A DNA stretch of 64,000 nucleotides from Blepharisma stoltei ATCC 30299 (taxonomy: Eukaryota > Protista > Ciliophora), in assembly GCA_965603825.1 (NCBI GenBank), contig CBFDEM010000025.1:62001-126000 (forward strand), in the 5' to 3' direction. The notes beneath the pieces were generated by a model that searched no databases, was not told where the DNA came from, and saw nothing but the letters and a program-made list of their open reading frames with translations. Below are positions 50,846-63,192 of this stretch, one piece after another (position 1 is the first letter of the stretch; the number at the start of each line of letters is the position of its first letter). Position numbers and translations under genes: made by a program.

Positions 50846-53785
50846 TTAGTCTTTTTCTTCATCAGTTTTCGTCCTAAGCACCTCACGTTTTTGAAGCTTT
50901 AAGGTAGTGTTAAGGCCTTGCAGCTCATCTGAAGCAGGATTTTTGATGTTTAAGTTTACATTTTTTGAAGCTGAGCGGATATAATAGCTTGCAAAAGCAG
51001 CTGATATTGACTTATGCTGCTTTAGGATGCCTCCGAAATGGGCTGGAAACAGCATTACTATAGCTTCGTCAGCACTTTGGATAATCTTTTTGGTTGGTGG
51101 AAGCAATGAGAATTCTTCTTTATCCTTTTTTACTCTTCCTCATAATACAAGCGCACCTCTTCTTAGGTCAATAAATGAGCCTTCATGCACGTGTCTAACA
51201 ATTGATCTTTGGGCGACCCTGCAAATGTGCTCATTTTTTGCTTCTTCTAAGCCTAATTTGGCTTTATTTAGTAATAAAACTTCTTCAGCTGCTTCTTTAT
51301 ACAAATCTTCCATAAATACATGCTTTTCACTTATTCAAGGTGGAATAAGTGCAGCATAAACTACACTTAAAGTAACAGCAGTTGTAGTATTCCCACGGCA
51401 ATTTACAAGCAAATGGTGGACTCCAGCGATGTTTCCTATAGAAAGTTCTTTATTTATGCAATTTCCAAATTCCCTAACTCTTCCATTAAATATCAGATAA
51501 GCACCATTTATAGGCTGCCCTTCTTCAAATAGCATCACATCAGGCTGAAAATGCTTTTCTTCTATATAAGGAAGCAGCTGCTCTATATCTTTGGCTTTCG
51601 CTTTGCGGAAGCGATTTTTAAGCATTTCTTTAATAGAAGGCACATGAGGAGTCGACTGAAAAGTCAATCTTTTCATGTTATGGTCAATTGCAGTCAATAA
51701 ATGGTCATATTCTACCTTCTTAATAACACCTTGATGGTAAATTTTACTGATAAGTTTTCTTTGTGATAGTAAAAGTGTATGAGAAGCCATTTTTGACTGG
51801 ACTTCTGCAATGACTTCAGGATAATTTTCTGTTATATGAGTCCCTATAAACTCTTTGCAGCTTTCTATTTGGATGTGTGACTCTTTCATGACTTCATGAA
51901 AAATCAGTTCGTCTATATCAATTTCCATTTGGTCTATAAGTTCCTGAGCTTCTTCATGAGATTTTATAAATGTTGATGCAGCATCATATGTTAATGTGAT
52001 TCTTTCATACAAAATGTATTTAAAAAGTCTTCCAATAATAGGTATTTTTGAAGAAATTCTTAAAAAATTCATGAGTTTTGGGTTATAAATTTCTTTTTCA
52101 AGGATTTCCCAATCACACATAGCAGAATTTTCAACGTCAAGAGCCTGGTTGCAAGAGTCAATTAAAATTAAAACTGTATACCCTAAGCATTGTCCAGCTT
52201 CAAATTCATGCCAATAAATCCCTTTTAACGTAGTAAAAAATCTTCTGCGTGTCTCAGTAGTAAGCACACTTGTAGTCAAATTGAATTTTTTCACATATTT
52301 TTCTAATAACTCTTCCGGAGTATCATGAGGGTATTTTTTCAATAATTTTTTCCCAACCTTAGTCTGCTTCATTATTTGGTTCAGCAGACATTTCGGTCCC
52401 GCTAAATTCATAACTTCATCCCATTTCACCAAATTGAACTCTTTGAGCGACCTAATCCTTTCCACCTTTTTCGCAGTCTGTTGTAACACTGCAGTTGTTA
52501 CCCCCAGCATCATATTTTCTTGTACCTCACTTAAAGTATCCATCCCAAATTTTCTTACAAAAAATTTCACTGCAAAACTGTCCACAAGGATAGTTAACCC
52601 CACAGTTCCTATTGTAAAAAACAATAAGAGTGATCTAAACCTTTCATTTAAATCAGAGTGATGGTAGCCTATCAGGGCAAGTGCAGTGGCAATAACGCCT
52701 TTTATTCCTGCAATAGTCATAATAAATGCTTCTTTAATACTCAACCCATATCCGAGCCGCTTAAGGATAGGGAAATGGATCCATACAACGATACCTCTTA
52801 CTATATGAAGCAGCACAAATAGGGCAAGAAGCATGCTAACCTCGTTAATTCCGAGGTTATTGGTATCTGCAATAAGCATACCCAAAAGCATCCCTGCGAG
52901 AATAAATACGATAGCTTCCATATTTACCCCAGTTATATGTCAAAAGTCATGTAAACTTTTTTCTACTAATGGGCTTATTAAGGTTTTTCCGTATGATGAC
53001 ATAAAAAGACCGAGGGTAACTACAGCTAAAGCTCCAGAGCAGCCTGCTTTGTGGTCTGCAAGCCAAAATAGCACATAGGCGGTGACTACAGTAAGGTTAA
53101 TTTCTTGACTCATGTCGTTGACTATTCTTTTAATAGACCATGCCAATGCTAATGAAAACCCAAGGCCAAGTCCGAGGCCTCCTAAGGTCAATTGAAAAAA
53201 TGAGACAAATCGGTCAGAAACTTTTACTTCTCCAACTGCACTATCTAAGCAAATATTAAAAAATACGACAACTGTCGCTTCATTTAATAATGTTTCTCCA
53301 CCTAGTAAAGTTTCAAACCTGTCATTAGCTCTAAGCTCTTTTAGCATCGCCATGACCGCGACATGGTCAGTTGCGTTTAAAATTACTCCAAGCATTAATG
53401 ATTCATTCCAGCCAAAATCATAAGTCATCATGTATTTTAATACACATGCAGTAAGAAATGAGGTTAAGCAGACCACTGTAGTCGCCATTGGTAATATTTG
53501 CCAAAAAATTTTTTTAAAGGTATACCAATCTGTGCCTAGGGAAGCTTCAAATATCAATGCTGGCATTACAGCAAGCTGGACTATTACAGGGTCAAGGTCA
53601 TCAAGCAATGACACTGTAGGCCCTAAATCTCCAAAATATGTCCCTATAACCCTAGCTAAAGTCCCAAATACTAGCAAGCAAGGCGATACAGGGACATAAA
53701 ATCTTTTTTTGATTTCATAAGAGGCTACTGTAAAAAGAATTGACATAAAGATAAAGAGAATAATTTCTGCAGGAAAGTTCGACAT
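50846..53785 (-). CDS. CPA1 Na+/H+ antiporter, SOS1/NHX7 (SLC9C-related) type, with a C-terminal cyclic-nucleotide-binding-like domain (~979 aa)
   Basis: Motifs PALIFEAS, ATDHVAV, GETLLNEAT, SGALAVV and AGIKGVIA, plus CNBD-like LFEEGQPINGAYLIFNGRV. Three ORFs join through TGA=Trp. Confidence 0.9.
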
Positions 53786-53813
53786 CTCTAAGATGTTTAA
53801 ATAATTTTCTAAG

Positions 53814-54083
53814 ATGGCCGACTATAAAGCGATAATCAAAAGTGCGGACATGTCTGAAGATATGCAGCAAGACGCTATTGAATCCACAGTGAGAGCAATC
53901 CAAACAGAGGCAGTGTTCAAAGATATAGCTGGCTATATAAAAAAAGACTTTGATAGGAGATATGGACCAACGTGGCATTGCATTACAGGAAACAGCTTTG
54001 GGACTTTTGTTACCCATGAAGAGCGGCATTATATTTATTTTTTCTTAGATGAATTAGCTGTCTTACTTTTTAAATCTGCTTAA
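53814..54083 (+). CDS. DYNLL: Dynein light chain LC8-type
   Basis: [16 protein letters not shown]...[33 protein letters not shown]...VLLFKS. Confidence 0.95.
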   Translation: MADYKAIIKSADMSEDMQQDAIESTVRAIQTEAVFKDIAGYIKKDFDRRYGPTWHCITGNSFGTFVTHEERHYIYFFLDELAVLLFKSA

Positions 54084-54114
54084 TACAACTATTCCAATAC
54101 ATTCTGAGTAACTG

Positions 54115-56253
54115 TTATCTAAACACATCTTTAAACTTAGGATTTCTGAGATTCTGCGCTTTTGACTGCAGCTCTTTTTCAATTGCTGCTATAAAAGCTT
54201 TGTTTTTCCTTGTTTCTTCACTTAAAGCCCGCTGGAGCTGCTCTTCTTTTATTTTTGCTTCTTCAATTACTGATAAAAGCCTTTTTATTTCTTGCTGCTG
54301 CTCCAAAATTTGATGATGAAAATCCAAAGCTTCAAATTGCAGCTGCTTTATTTGGTAATTTACATTAGAAATTTCTTCTGATTTTTGGCTTATTTTAGCT
54401 TCGGATAATTGTTTTTCTCGTTTAAATTCGCTTTCTATATCTATTAATTTGTCTGTAAAATATTTAACGATTTTATCAGACTCGGATTTTGAATTTTCGT
54501 AAAAATCTTGCTTTTCTTTGAGTTCTTGAGTTGTATTAATTATTTGTAAATTTAAATTTTCGATATCTTTTCTTCTTTTTTCAATTAAAATTTTGAGTTC
54601 TTTATTTTCTTCAATTATGCAGTTATTTATTGTGCTTTGAGATATATATTTTTCTTCTATTTGCGATTTTTCTCTTCTCAAATTTATCAACATATTTTCG
54701 AAATTTGAAATTTTTGTCCAAAGCACTGGGATTTCTTTTAACTTCTCTTGCATATTCTGCAGATCATTCATAACGATTTGTTTACTCTGTAAACATTCAG
54801 CGAGTTCTATAACTTTTTCATTAAGCTGCTCCTCTACACTAATAATTTCGCCAGTAACTCTTTCGTTTTGGCTCCTCATTTCAGCTAAATTTTCTAGTAT
54901 TTCTTCATTTTCTAGTCTTGAATTTGCTAATAATTCTTCTAGCTCAATTCTTTTATTATGCTCATCTTCATATAGCTGCTGCAAATGCTCTTGCCGGATT
55001 TCTGTTTGGCTCAATCTGTATAATAAATCATCGATCCCATCTGGGCCATTTTTCAGCTTTGAAATTTCTTTTTTAAGCTCCTCTATTTTTTTTGTTAGCA
55101 TTTTATTGGATTTTTGTGGTGATTTTTCTTTATTTTGAATAACTTTTGATTGATTTAGAGAGCCTTGGCTGATATCTCGGCCTAATGCGATTGTGAAGCC
55201 ATTTCCACAGGAAACTTCTTTTATAGGGACCCCTTGGATTTCTAATACTGGAAAAGGCTGCGATTTTGGCTCAAAATTTCCAGTCCCTAATGCCCCTCCT
55301 ATATTTGACCCTCAAGTCCAAACAACTCCATTTCTATCAATTGCAGCTCCATGCCCATTCCCAATATCAATTGAAACAAAATCTGTCCTATTTTGAATTT
55401 TTTCAGGAAAAAGAAATTCCCCAAATATCCCTGACCCTCACAAATAAATTTCTCCAGAGCTGCTTATAGCTCCAGAATGAGTCCAGGCAGAAATATCAAT
55501 AATATTTTTTCCAGTTAATTTTTCAATTTTCACAGGAATTACTGAGCTATTTTTATTCCCAATTCCAAGCTGTCCAAAGCTATTTCCTCCCATAGCATAT
55601 ACATTGCTATTTTCATCAATTATCAAAGTATGAAAAACTCCACAGCAAACTTTTTTAATTTTTTCTTCAAAATCCACCTGCACAGGATTTTTGCATAGCT
55701 CTCTTTTTCCATTCCCAAGCTGTCCAGCATCCCCAGACCCTCACACAAACAACAAATTCCCAGCCGAATTCTGTAAAATTGCTGCAGAATGCCTACTTCC
55801 ACACGACACATTTTTCGCTGAAAACGAAAGATTTATTTTATCTGGTGTTCACACATCTTCTGTATCCCCATTTCCAAGAGCTCCAAACTTCCCTTCTCCT
55901 CACGTAAATAAAAACCCATTAGAACTAATAGCAGCCGTATGATTTGATCCGCAGTCAATTGAAATTATCTGATAATCCATTAAAGCCTCAACCAAAACAG
56001 GCCAATTTGACTGCTTAAGATTTCTATCACTTATTCCTAATTTTCCTGACGCGTTACTTCCCATACAAAAAACCCTATATTCATTTGATATAAAAACTGT
56101 GTGCTCATCCCCACAGGAAATTTCTAAAATAATGCTATTAAAATTCGAACATATAGGAACTGAAAAAGTTTTTCCTTGATTTTTATCACCTGGACCTAAT
56201 TGGCCTGCGGTATCGCTTCCCCAACAAAACACTTGTGTGTAGCACTCAGTCAT
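54115..56253 (-). CDS. RCC1-repeat plus coiled-coil protein (~712 aa)
   Basis: Repeats VFCWGSDTAGQLG, ISCGDEHT, FT-W(TGA)-GEGKFGALG and GGNSFGQLG, followed by the coiled-coil ORF 54115..55101 in the same frame. Confidence 0.88.
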
Positions 56254-56276
56254 TTAAAATTATTTTATTATTATCA

Positions 56277-57023
56277 CTAGCAAACTGCCCAAAATTTATT
56301 CACAATTTCGCTTGGCATTGATAAGCCTTCGGCGGCAGCTTGGACTCCTCTGCTGATAATTCTGTCTGACTGTGGAGCTATTTGCGCCTGCTCACAGGTT
56401 TCTAAAATTCTTGATCTTGCTTCTTCGGTTATTCTGAGAATTTCAGTCAATTGGACCGGTGCAGAGGAAATTTCTTTGTAGTTACTGTTTGTATTTTTTA
56501 TAGCCAAAAGTTTATCCTTCATTGAAAAATTCAATTCTTCGCATTTTTCGGATACCACCTTGGGGAAATCTTGGGCTTTTATAACGAGCCCATTGAGTTC
56601 TCCTACAAGTTTTTCAAGCTTTGTAGGAAGTTCAGCCATAAAATTTACAAGCTGATAATAAAAATTCATCATTTTCTTAGCACCTCGCTTTAAGGTTTTT
56701 GGGTCGACGCTAATGTAAGGACTTTCAGATGAATAAGAAACGCCTATAGAATCCATATTGCCTTTTCCCATAGTAGAAAGGATAACAAGCATCATCAAGG
56801 TCAGCTCTTGAATGCTTGGGTTTAATTCTCATTGCCTTTGTGCTCCTAAGCTTTTCACAAAATCTGTTGTATATAGATCTAGATCTGCTCGGCAGTCAGT
56901 TATCAGTTTTATAGGAACTTCACATTTATGGAAAAGCTTGTCAAACTCAGGAATGCCTGTGTTTAGTAGTCGCTGCCCTGGAGCTTGAGGACGTATCATG
57001 GATTTTCCTGTTATGCAACCCAT
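56277..57023 (-). CDS. Uncharacterised helical protein (~248 aa) with an MGC N-terminus (possible myristoylation/palmitoylation)
   Basis: ORFs 56829..57023 and 56277..56798 join through TGA. Confidence 0.75.
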
Positions 57024-57056
57024 TTTATTAATTATCGTTCATATGTTTTTGAAAAA

Positions 57057-58334
57057 TTAATCAGAGTTTAAAAAATGGTTTGGAGTCATAGAAAAATTTT
57101 TGGTTGGTGTAAACATAGACCCTGCTTGATACTGGACTTTTTTCCCTTTTACATATGTGCCAAATGGAGAAATTTCTATCATTTTTGGGAGTGAAAAACA
57201 TTGATTGCAAGGTTTTCGATCATTACTTGAAGATTTTGGCCAAATTGAACTAGGAGACTGAGGCTTGGCTCGGCCTTTTGCTTTGACTTCTACCAGTGAG
57301 ACAGGGCTCAATCCTATGCTCATTCATTTATTTCCTTGTGTTTCTTGACGTTTAGGGGTATTATTAGATGAAACATATGATGAAGCTTCATGGGTTGGAT
57401 TTAAGTAATCATGAGGAAAGGGGCTTGGCTGTGAAGATTTAAAGGCTTCTTCATCATTCTGGCTTTCATTATTACTCTTCAAGCTAGGCTTAACTACTTT
57501 ACTGATTGTAAGCGATGGTCTTAATAAAGAAGGAGAATTTGATTTCATACTAGATGATCTTCTTATTATAGAAGTAATTGAAACTTTTTCTTTTTCCTTA
57601 GCAATTTCTAAATCTTCTTCTTCAGAATCATTTTCTCTTGTATAAGGCACAGTTGAATTAAAAATATTCCTCACTTTCTCATTAAAAGACACATGAGAAC
57701 TCGACTTATTTATAGGTTTTTTCTTTATTACTAAACTTGGTGCATTTTGTGGTTTCGGCCTTCTCCTCAAAATAATTTTTGATTTTTCTACTCTGCTCTG
57801 CTGAGTTTTATATAAACTTTCTTTATTTGTATTTTTATTTAGCACATCAAAATCATCATATGAAAACTGCTCTACAGCTTGGTAAATTTTATAAGCATTT
57901 ATTGAAACAGTGGGTCTAAAAACTTTAGCATTGCTTTGTGGAGAATTAATTCCGTCCGCTTTGCAGAGATCGTCAGAAATCATCGATAAATTTCCGGCAT
58001 GGACTCCCGGGTATTTTGAGCCAATTTCAAAAGAAGAGTTGGATTTTTCTGTTAATTGCTTGTGCATAGAGTCTTTAAGAACAGCTATTAATGAGTTTAA
58101 AGGAATTGGGGACCTCGGCATGCAGCTTCCATTAAAAAAGCCATTTCTTGTATTCATAGCAGATTTAGGTCTCCTATTATAAAGCCTTTCAAAAACATCA
58201 GGCTTTTGGTCAATACTTTTAAGGCTTGAGACCTTTTTTATGTTATAATCATCTAGTATTTTTGGCTTGCATGTTTGAGGTCTTCTCCTAGGCACGTTTT
58301 GATGCTCGTAAATTGAGGTTGTTAAAGTTTCCAT
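57057..58334 (-). CDS. Low-complexity Ser/Lys/Pro-rich protein (~425 aa)
   Basis: TGA at 57324-57326 directly abuts the in-frame ATG at 57323, so this is a single ORF with UGA=Trp. Confidence 0.7.
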
Positions 58335-58450
58335 TTTAAAGAAAATTCATACTAATTATTTCTCATTAAAACTTATTTTTAATATTTTTTATTTAAAACC
58401 ATTATTTATTTAAGGAATTCTGCTTAAATATTAATTATTTGTGAGATAAA

Positions 58451-60334
58451 TTAAATATTATTTTTGAGATTGGCTATGGCTACGATAACTGATGTGTCAT
58501 CAAGCTTCCCTCCAATAAATCTCTTACCATATCTAGCTGCGTTTTTAGAAAATGGTGACCTATATGTTGAATCTGTGCCTTTTTGCAAGGCATTAATAAC
58601 AAGCTCCTTAGCAGTTTCTATGCAAAATTTATCATTCCTAAATGCTTTATTATTTTCACAAATTTTTATCACATCTTGGTCAAATAAATTATCAAAAAGC
58701 CCATCTGTTGCTACCACAATAATATCTCCAGGAGCAAGATTAATAATTTCTGTATAAGCGTCAGAAGGCATGTCCTGAGACGCTCTATTTGACTTTTTCA
58801 ATAAAGCCACAAGTGAGTTCAATCCTTTTTCAATTAAAACAGGGTACTCTGCAGGCTCTGGCAAAAAAGCTAGTTGATAAGGACAATTAAAAGAATGCTG
58901 CTGTTCTGAAGACCTATAAACAGTCGCATACTGATCAGTCCCTTCTCTTTCCCTTATAACCATAAACCCAGAATCCCCTAGGCACAAAGTATATAGCTTA
59001 TACCCTTTCAGCATCCCCAAAAATGCAGTGGCGCTTCCATAGCTTTTTACCCTTTTATAAGCTTTCTCAAGCACCTCAATTAAAAATTCACAATTTTCAT
59101 TTTCCGGCTTAAAATCGTACTCCCTAAAGACTTTTTTGCAATTTTCCATTAATTCACGGGAAAATAAGCTGGAGTCTAAGCCATAGGTTTCTCATTCCCC
59201 TACACCATCAGACAGGCCAAATATCTGAAGTTCATCGTCTATAAAAATAGCGTCAGCGGTCCCTTCACTTGTTAAAGGTGCATGTCTTTGTTTTGGATAA
59301 GCTACCATAAAGTACCCAAACTTTAAGACGACGTCTTCTGTGCTTTCTGGCTGATTTAAAAATGCTGTGGAGGAGGCTGAGTCATATAAACCTCCTGATA
59401 AGGTCCTTAATAATTTTTGAGGAGGTTTAGAAGGAGACTGAGGCACTGGCTTAGAAATTCCTAAAGGGTTATCTATTAAAGACTGAGTACTTGAAGCTTT
59501 AGGTAATGGTTTTCGTTCTGAAGCAATAACCATCAGGTTATTATAATTTCCTTCAATATCCTGCGCAATTGGCATATTTCCATCACAGAGCCATTGTCCA
59601 GCGACTATGAATTTCAGATAATATCTCCCTGGGGTCAATTTATTGTCAATAAAATAAGTTGAAAAAAATTCCTTCAAAAATACAGAATACACCAAAGGAA
59701 TCTGATGCTTCCATGGCGGATTTGTAAAGGTACCTACAATGGAGACTTCATCGGCGTCATACCTCCACCTTACAAGTCTTGATAATTTTAAGTTTTTTAT
59801 GAATGGGAGGTCTTTTCTTACTATATAGCCTCTTGCGACTTTTTGTATTTTGCAAGCTGCTATTTTTCGAATCCTCGAAATCTTGTTTACAATTGCAAAG
59901 AAAAAAGTCTTTGATCGAAGCTGTTTAAGTCTAAAAAGTTTTTGGATTTTTTTGGCTGAATTTAGACGCAGAATTCTATCTCTGTTGTCTGCTTTAAGCT
60001 TCTTTACAAGCTGAGCTGCTGTTCATGCATTGTAAGCGCATTGAATAATAAGAGAGCATCTGTAATTTGTTTCGTAGTCGATTTCTGCAATTCTTCTACG
60101 GACTTTTGCTTTAGCAAGAAGGCTGCGGACGTGTTTTTGGATGATAATAATTGATTTTATGATAAGAGATGAGTATGCATCTTCATAAAACTTTTGGTAT
60201 CTTTTGATTTCAGAACATCGATGTAATGCTTGATTCCTGTGAGGAAGGTTTAGAACTGTGTGGAATCCACTTATAGGGTCGATTTTTGAGGAGAAATGCT
60301 GATAAGCTTCAGGATTATACCTATGCTGAAGCAT
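58451..60334 (-). CDS. IQ-motif + CBM48 (AMPK-beta-type glycogen-binding) + PP2C (PTC7/PPTC7-like) phosphatase (~627 aa)
   Basis: IQ-like motifs IQKHVRSLLAK and IQKVARGYIVRK. CBM48-like VRWRYDADEVSIVGTFTNPPW...GRYYLKFIVAGQW. Phosphatase motifs DGVGE-W(TGA), GSAT, LGDSG, QQHSFNCPYQL, TDGLFDN and GGKLDDTSV. Confidence 0.88.
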
Positions 60335-60724
60335 TATATTTTATATGCCATTAAATTGAAATTCAGATAATGAGATAATAGCTTTCTTTAATATTTTAGT
60401 ATTATAAAAAATTCAAGATCACAAAAGATGTAATAATCGGAACATTCCTTTTGGTTATAAACTGTGAATCTTGAAAACTACCATGCAAAGGGTTTTTATA
60501 TTAATAAAAGTTTGAGAATACATCTATTCCTTTATAAAATTTCTATTAATTTTATGAAATATATAATCATTGATTCAATTTTCCCAAATTTAGGAAGTTC
60601 TATCAATGATAAGGGACGTTATAAAATTAAATTTTATGGTCTTCAGCATTAGGTTTAAATTAAAAAACTAAATTTTTAATTAAAGATGAAATGATAAATA
60701 TGCATTTCATAATTACCATCAAGT

Positions 60725-62359
60725 CTAAACGATCGTGATTATTTTCAACGAACTTGTAGCACCCGCTTCAAAATGGTCTTCAAAGCTTCCCAAATAAGCG
60801 ACTACATCTCCTACCTTGCCCAGTCCAGTCTGTTTAATAATTTCCATTGCTTGTCCTATCAATGGTCCTTGATAATTTTTAATAAAAACTGGGTAAACCC
60901 CTCTTACAATTCTCAGTGAATGCAAAGTTTTCATGGAGTCTGTTAGGGCCAATATCATACAAGGCGGCATAAATCTAGAAATTAGCTGTGCAGTGTAGCC
61001 TGACTGAGTTAAGCAAACTATAAGTTTTCCATTGAGCGTTAAAATGCTTCTGACTGCACAATAACAAATGTTTTCAGCTACAGTAATATTTTCACGTATA
61101 GTACTTAATATACTTTCACATTGAGACTGATAATCTAAAAACCTTTCAGCTTCAAGACAAATTCTTGAGCACGCTTGCAAAGCAGCGACTGGGTTATCTC
61201 CATAGGCAGTTTCTCCTGTCAATAATAATGCGTCGCAGCCATCTAAAACAGCATTTGTGATATCAGTGACTTCGCTGCTTGACGGTGTATGCTTATGGAC
61301 CATGCTTTCTAATAATTGTGTAGAAATCACTACAGGCTTTCCCAACTCATTACAAAGCTTGATTATTTCTTTCTGCATTCTACACACCTCAGCTAAACTT
61401 GTTTCTAATGCAAGCATTCCTCTTCCAATAACAATCCCATCAGCAGACCTTATTAAACTTTCTTTTAAATCAGCTGAATCTTTATTTTGGATTCCTATAT
61501 ATTTTTTTATATTAGGCAAAGGCACTGTAAATACATCAGCTAAATCGATTTCGTCTCTGACCTGTTTGTAGACTAGAAAATCTAAGTCATTTTCACTAGC
61601 CCAAGTAGCGTCTTTTATATCTTCAATATCATTAGCATAGCTTACTGGGGCTTCTCTTTTTCCTATAGGTCTGATATGGACAGGCTTGTCAGCTAAAAAT
61701 GTGCAGTTTTGTTCAACTCTACAAATCACGACTTTTTGGCTTCTGTGTTTAGCTGTTTTAGGCTTGGTTCGTTTAGGTCTTGAATGGAAGGAATCTGACT
61801 TATGCATTCCTTCAGTCTTGTAGGTAGGAAACTCATTCATGGACCCTGAAGTTTTCATATGATGGTGAAGATCATCAGAAGATCCATTAAGTCTATGATC
61901 TAAAATATCAGCAGGATCAGGCGTTTTTACAATGTCTCTGATTTCTATAACAGTAAATACAATTTTCCCAAAATCTATTAATAAATGGTCTCCTGGGATG
62001 ACCAAGTTAGGGAATTCCATATTATTGCATTGAATAGCATGGCCCTCAATTCCTGCAATTGGAGTTGTGATTATTTGGACTGTGTCTTCTTTTTGTAAGA
62101 TTAAAGGCTCATTTGAGCTATGGTAGCCTAGCCTGAGGTCACTTTCTCTAAGTCCTACCATGATTCCTACGTGAATTCCAGCTTCATCCATTGCTTCACG
62201 TAAGTTTGTAAGGACTTCTTGCTTAGAAATCGTTAAGAATCTATCGCTGATACGTGCTATGTCCATTCCAGATCGTAATAGCTCTATTAAGACCTCTTTA
62301 CTTGACGAGCTCTTGCCTAATGTGCAGGCAATTTTAGTTTTCCTTGCAAGGTGTGCCAT
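60725..62359 (-). CDS. Pyruvate kinase homologue with substituted active-site residues (544 aa)
   Basis: RKTKIACTLG, GKPVVISTQLLESM, DITNAVLDGCDALLLTGETA and a PK C-domain are present. Key catalytic motifs are altered (see findings). Confidence 0.9.
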   Translation of the reverse strand: MAHLARKTKIACTLGKSSSSKEVLIELLRSGMDIARISDRFLTISKQEVLTNLREAMDEAGIHVGIMVGLRESDLRLGYHSSNEPLILQKEDTVQIITTPIAGIEGHAIQCNNMEFPNLVIPGDHLLIDFGKIVFTVIEIRDIVKTPDPADILDHRLNGSSDDLHHHMKTSGSMNEFPTYKTEGMHKSDSFHSRPKRTKPKTAKHRSQKVVICRVEQNCTFLADKPVHIRPIGKREAPVSYANDIEDIKDATWASENDLDFLVYKQVRDEIDLADVFTVPLPNIKKYIGIQNKDSADLKESLIRSADGIVIGRGMLALETSLAEVCRMQKEIIKLCNELGKPVVISTQLLESMVHKHTPSSSEVTDITNAVLDGCDALLLTGETAYGDNPVAALQACSRICLEAERFLDYQSQCESILSTIRENITVAENICYCAVRSILTLNGKLIVCLTQSGYTAQLISRFMPPCMILALTDSMKTLHSLRIVRGVYPVFIKNYQGPLIGQAMEIIKQTGLGKVGDVVAYLGSFEDHFEAGATSSLKIITIV

Positions 62360-63192
62360 AAATTAAATTTTATTAGCTTTTATAAGAAATATTTATAGAG
62401 AGCTGGATTTTTTGTATTAAATTTGGCAGTTTTTAGGTAGGTATTTAATTAATAGTCTTATAACATTATGAATTTTCTGACTTTATATAGGCAAAAAAAG
62501 TGTTATATGTTTCGAAACTATGTCGACGTCATCTTTATGGTTAATGAAACTTTTGCTTTTTGATTAGCACTACGTCCATTAATATTCTTGTATCTTCTTT
62601 TAGCTATTGATTTTTAATCTTTTTATGATTTTCTTGATTTATTATATCAGAGGGATAAAGTAGATTTCACGCATGATAGCTAATAAAATATTTCCACTGA
62701 AATGCTCTTATAATTTCACCCATATGCTACTAGGGCTAAAGAGATTGAAAACCATAAACTGTTGAATCGATTTCTGAATATAAATTTTCAACAATTTTAT
62801 ATAATCAAGATTTTTGGGAAAATAATTATTTGCCTTTAGATATGGGACTGATCCATTCTTATCTCATTAAATGCTCATACAAAAATGTTTCTCATACTAA
62901 GTCTTTAAAAATACTCTAGGAAATGAAATTATTCACAATAAATAACAAGAAATATCATTTATTCAACTTCCTGCATTGGCTCTAACAAGACTTCAAAGCT
63001 CTTAAACAAGTTCAAAATTAGATTCTGCCTTAGACATATTTTTATATAACAAATAATTTTTATTTTAAAGATAATCATAAAGATGTTTTTACAGCTTCAA
63101 CCCTAAAATTTCTTTCAAAACCACATATATGCTAATAATCTCTTCTAAAATATATACAATTTCATCAATTTATATTAAAATTTTATGATAGC

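Noticed and set aside
60464-60652. 62-aa + strand ORF between the phosphatase and PK genes
   Set aside because: Non-ATG start, AT-rich intergenic composition, no motif.
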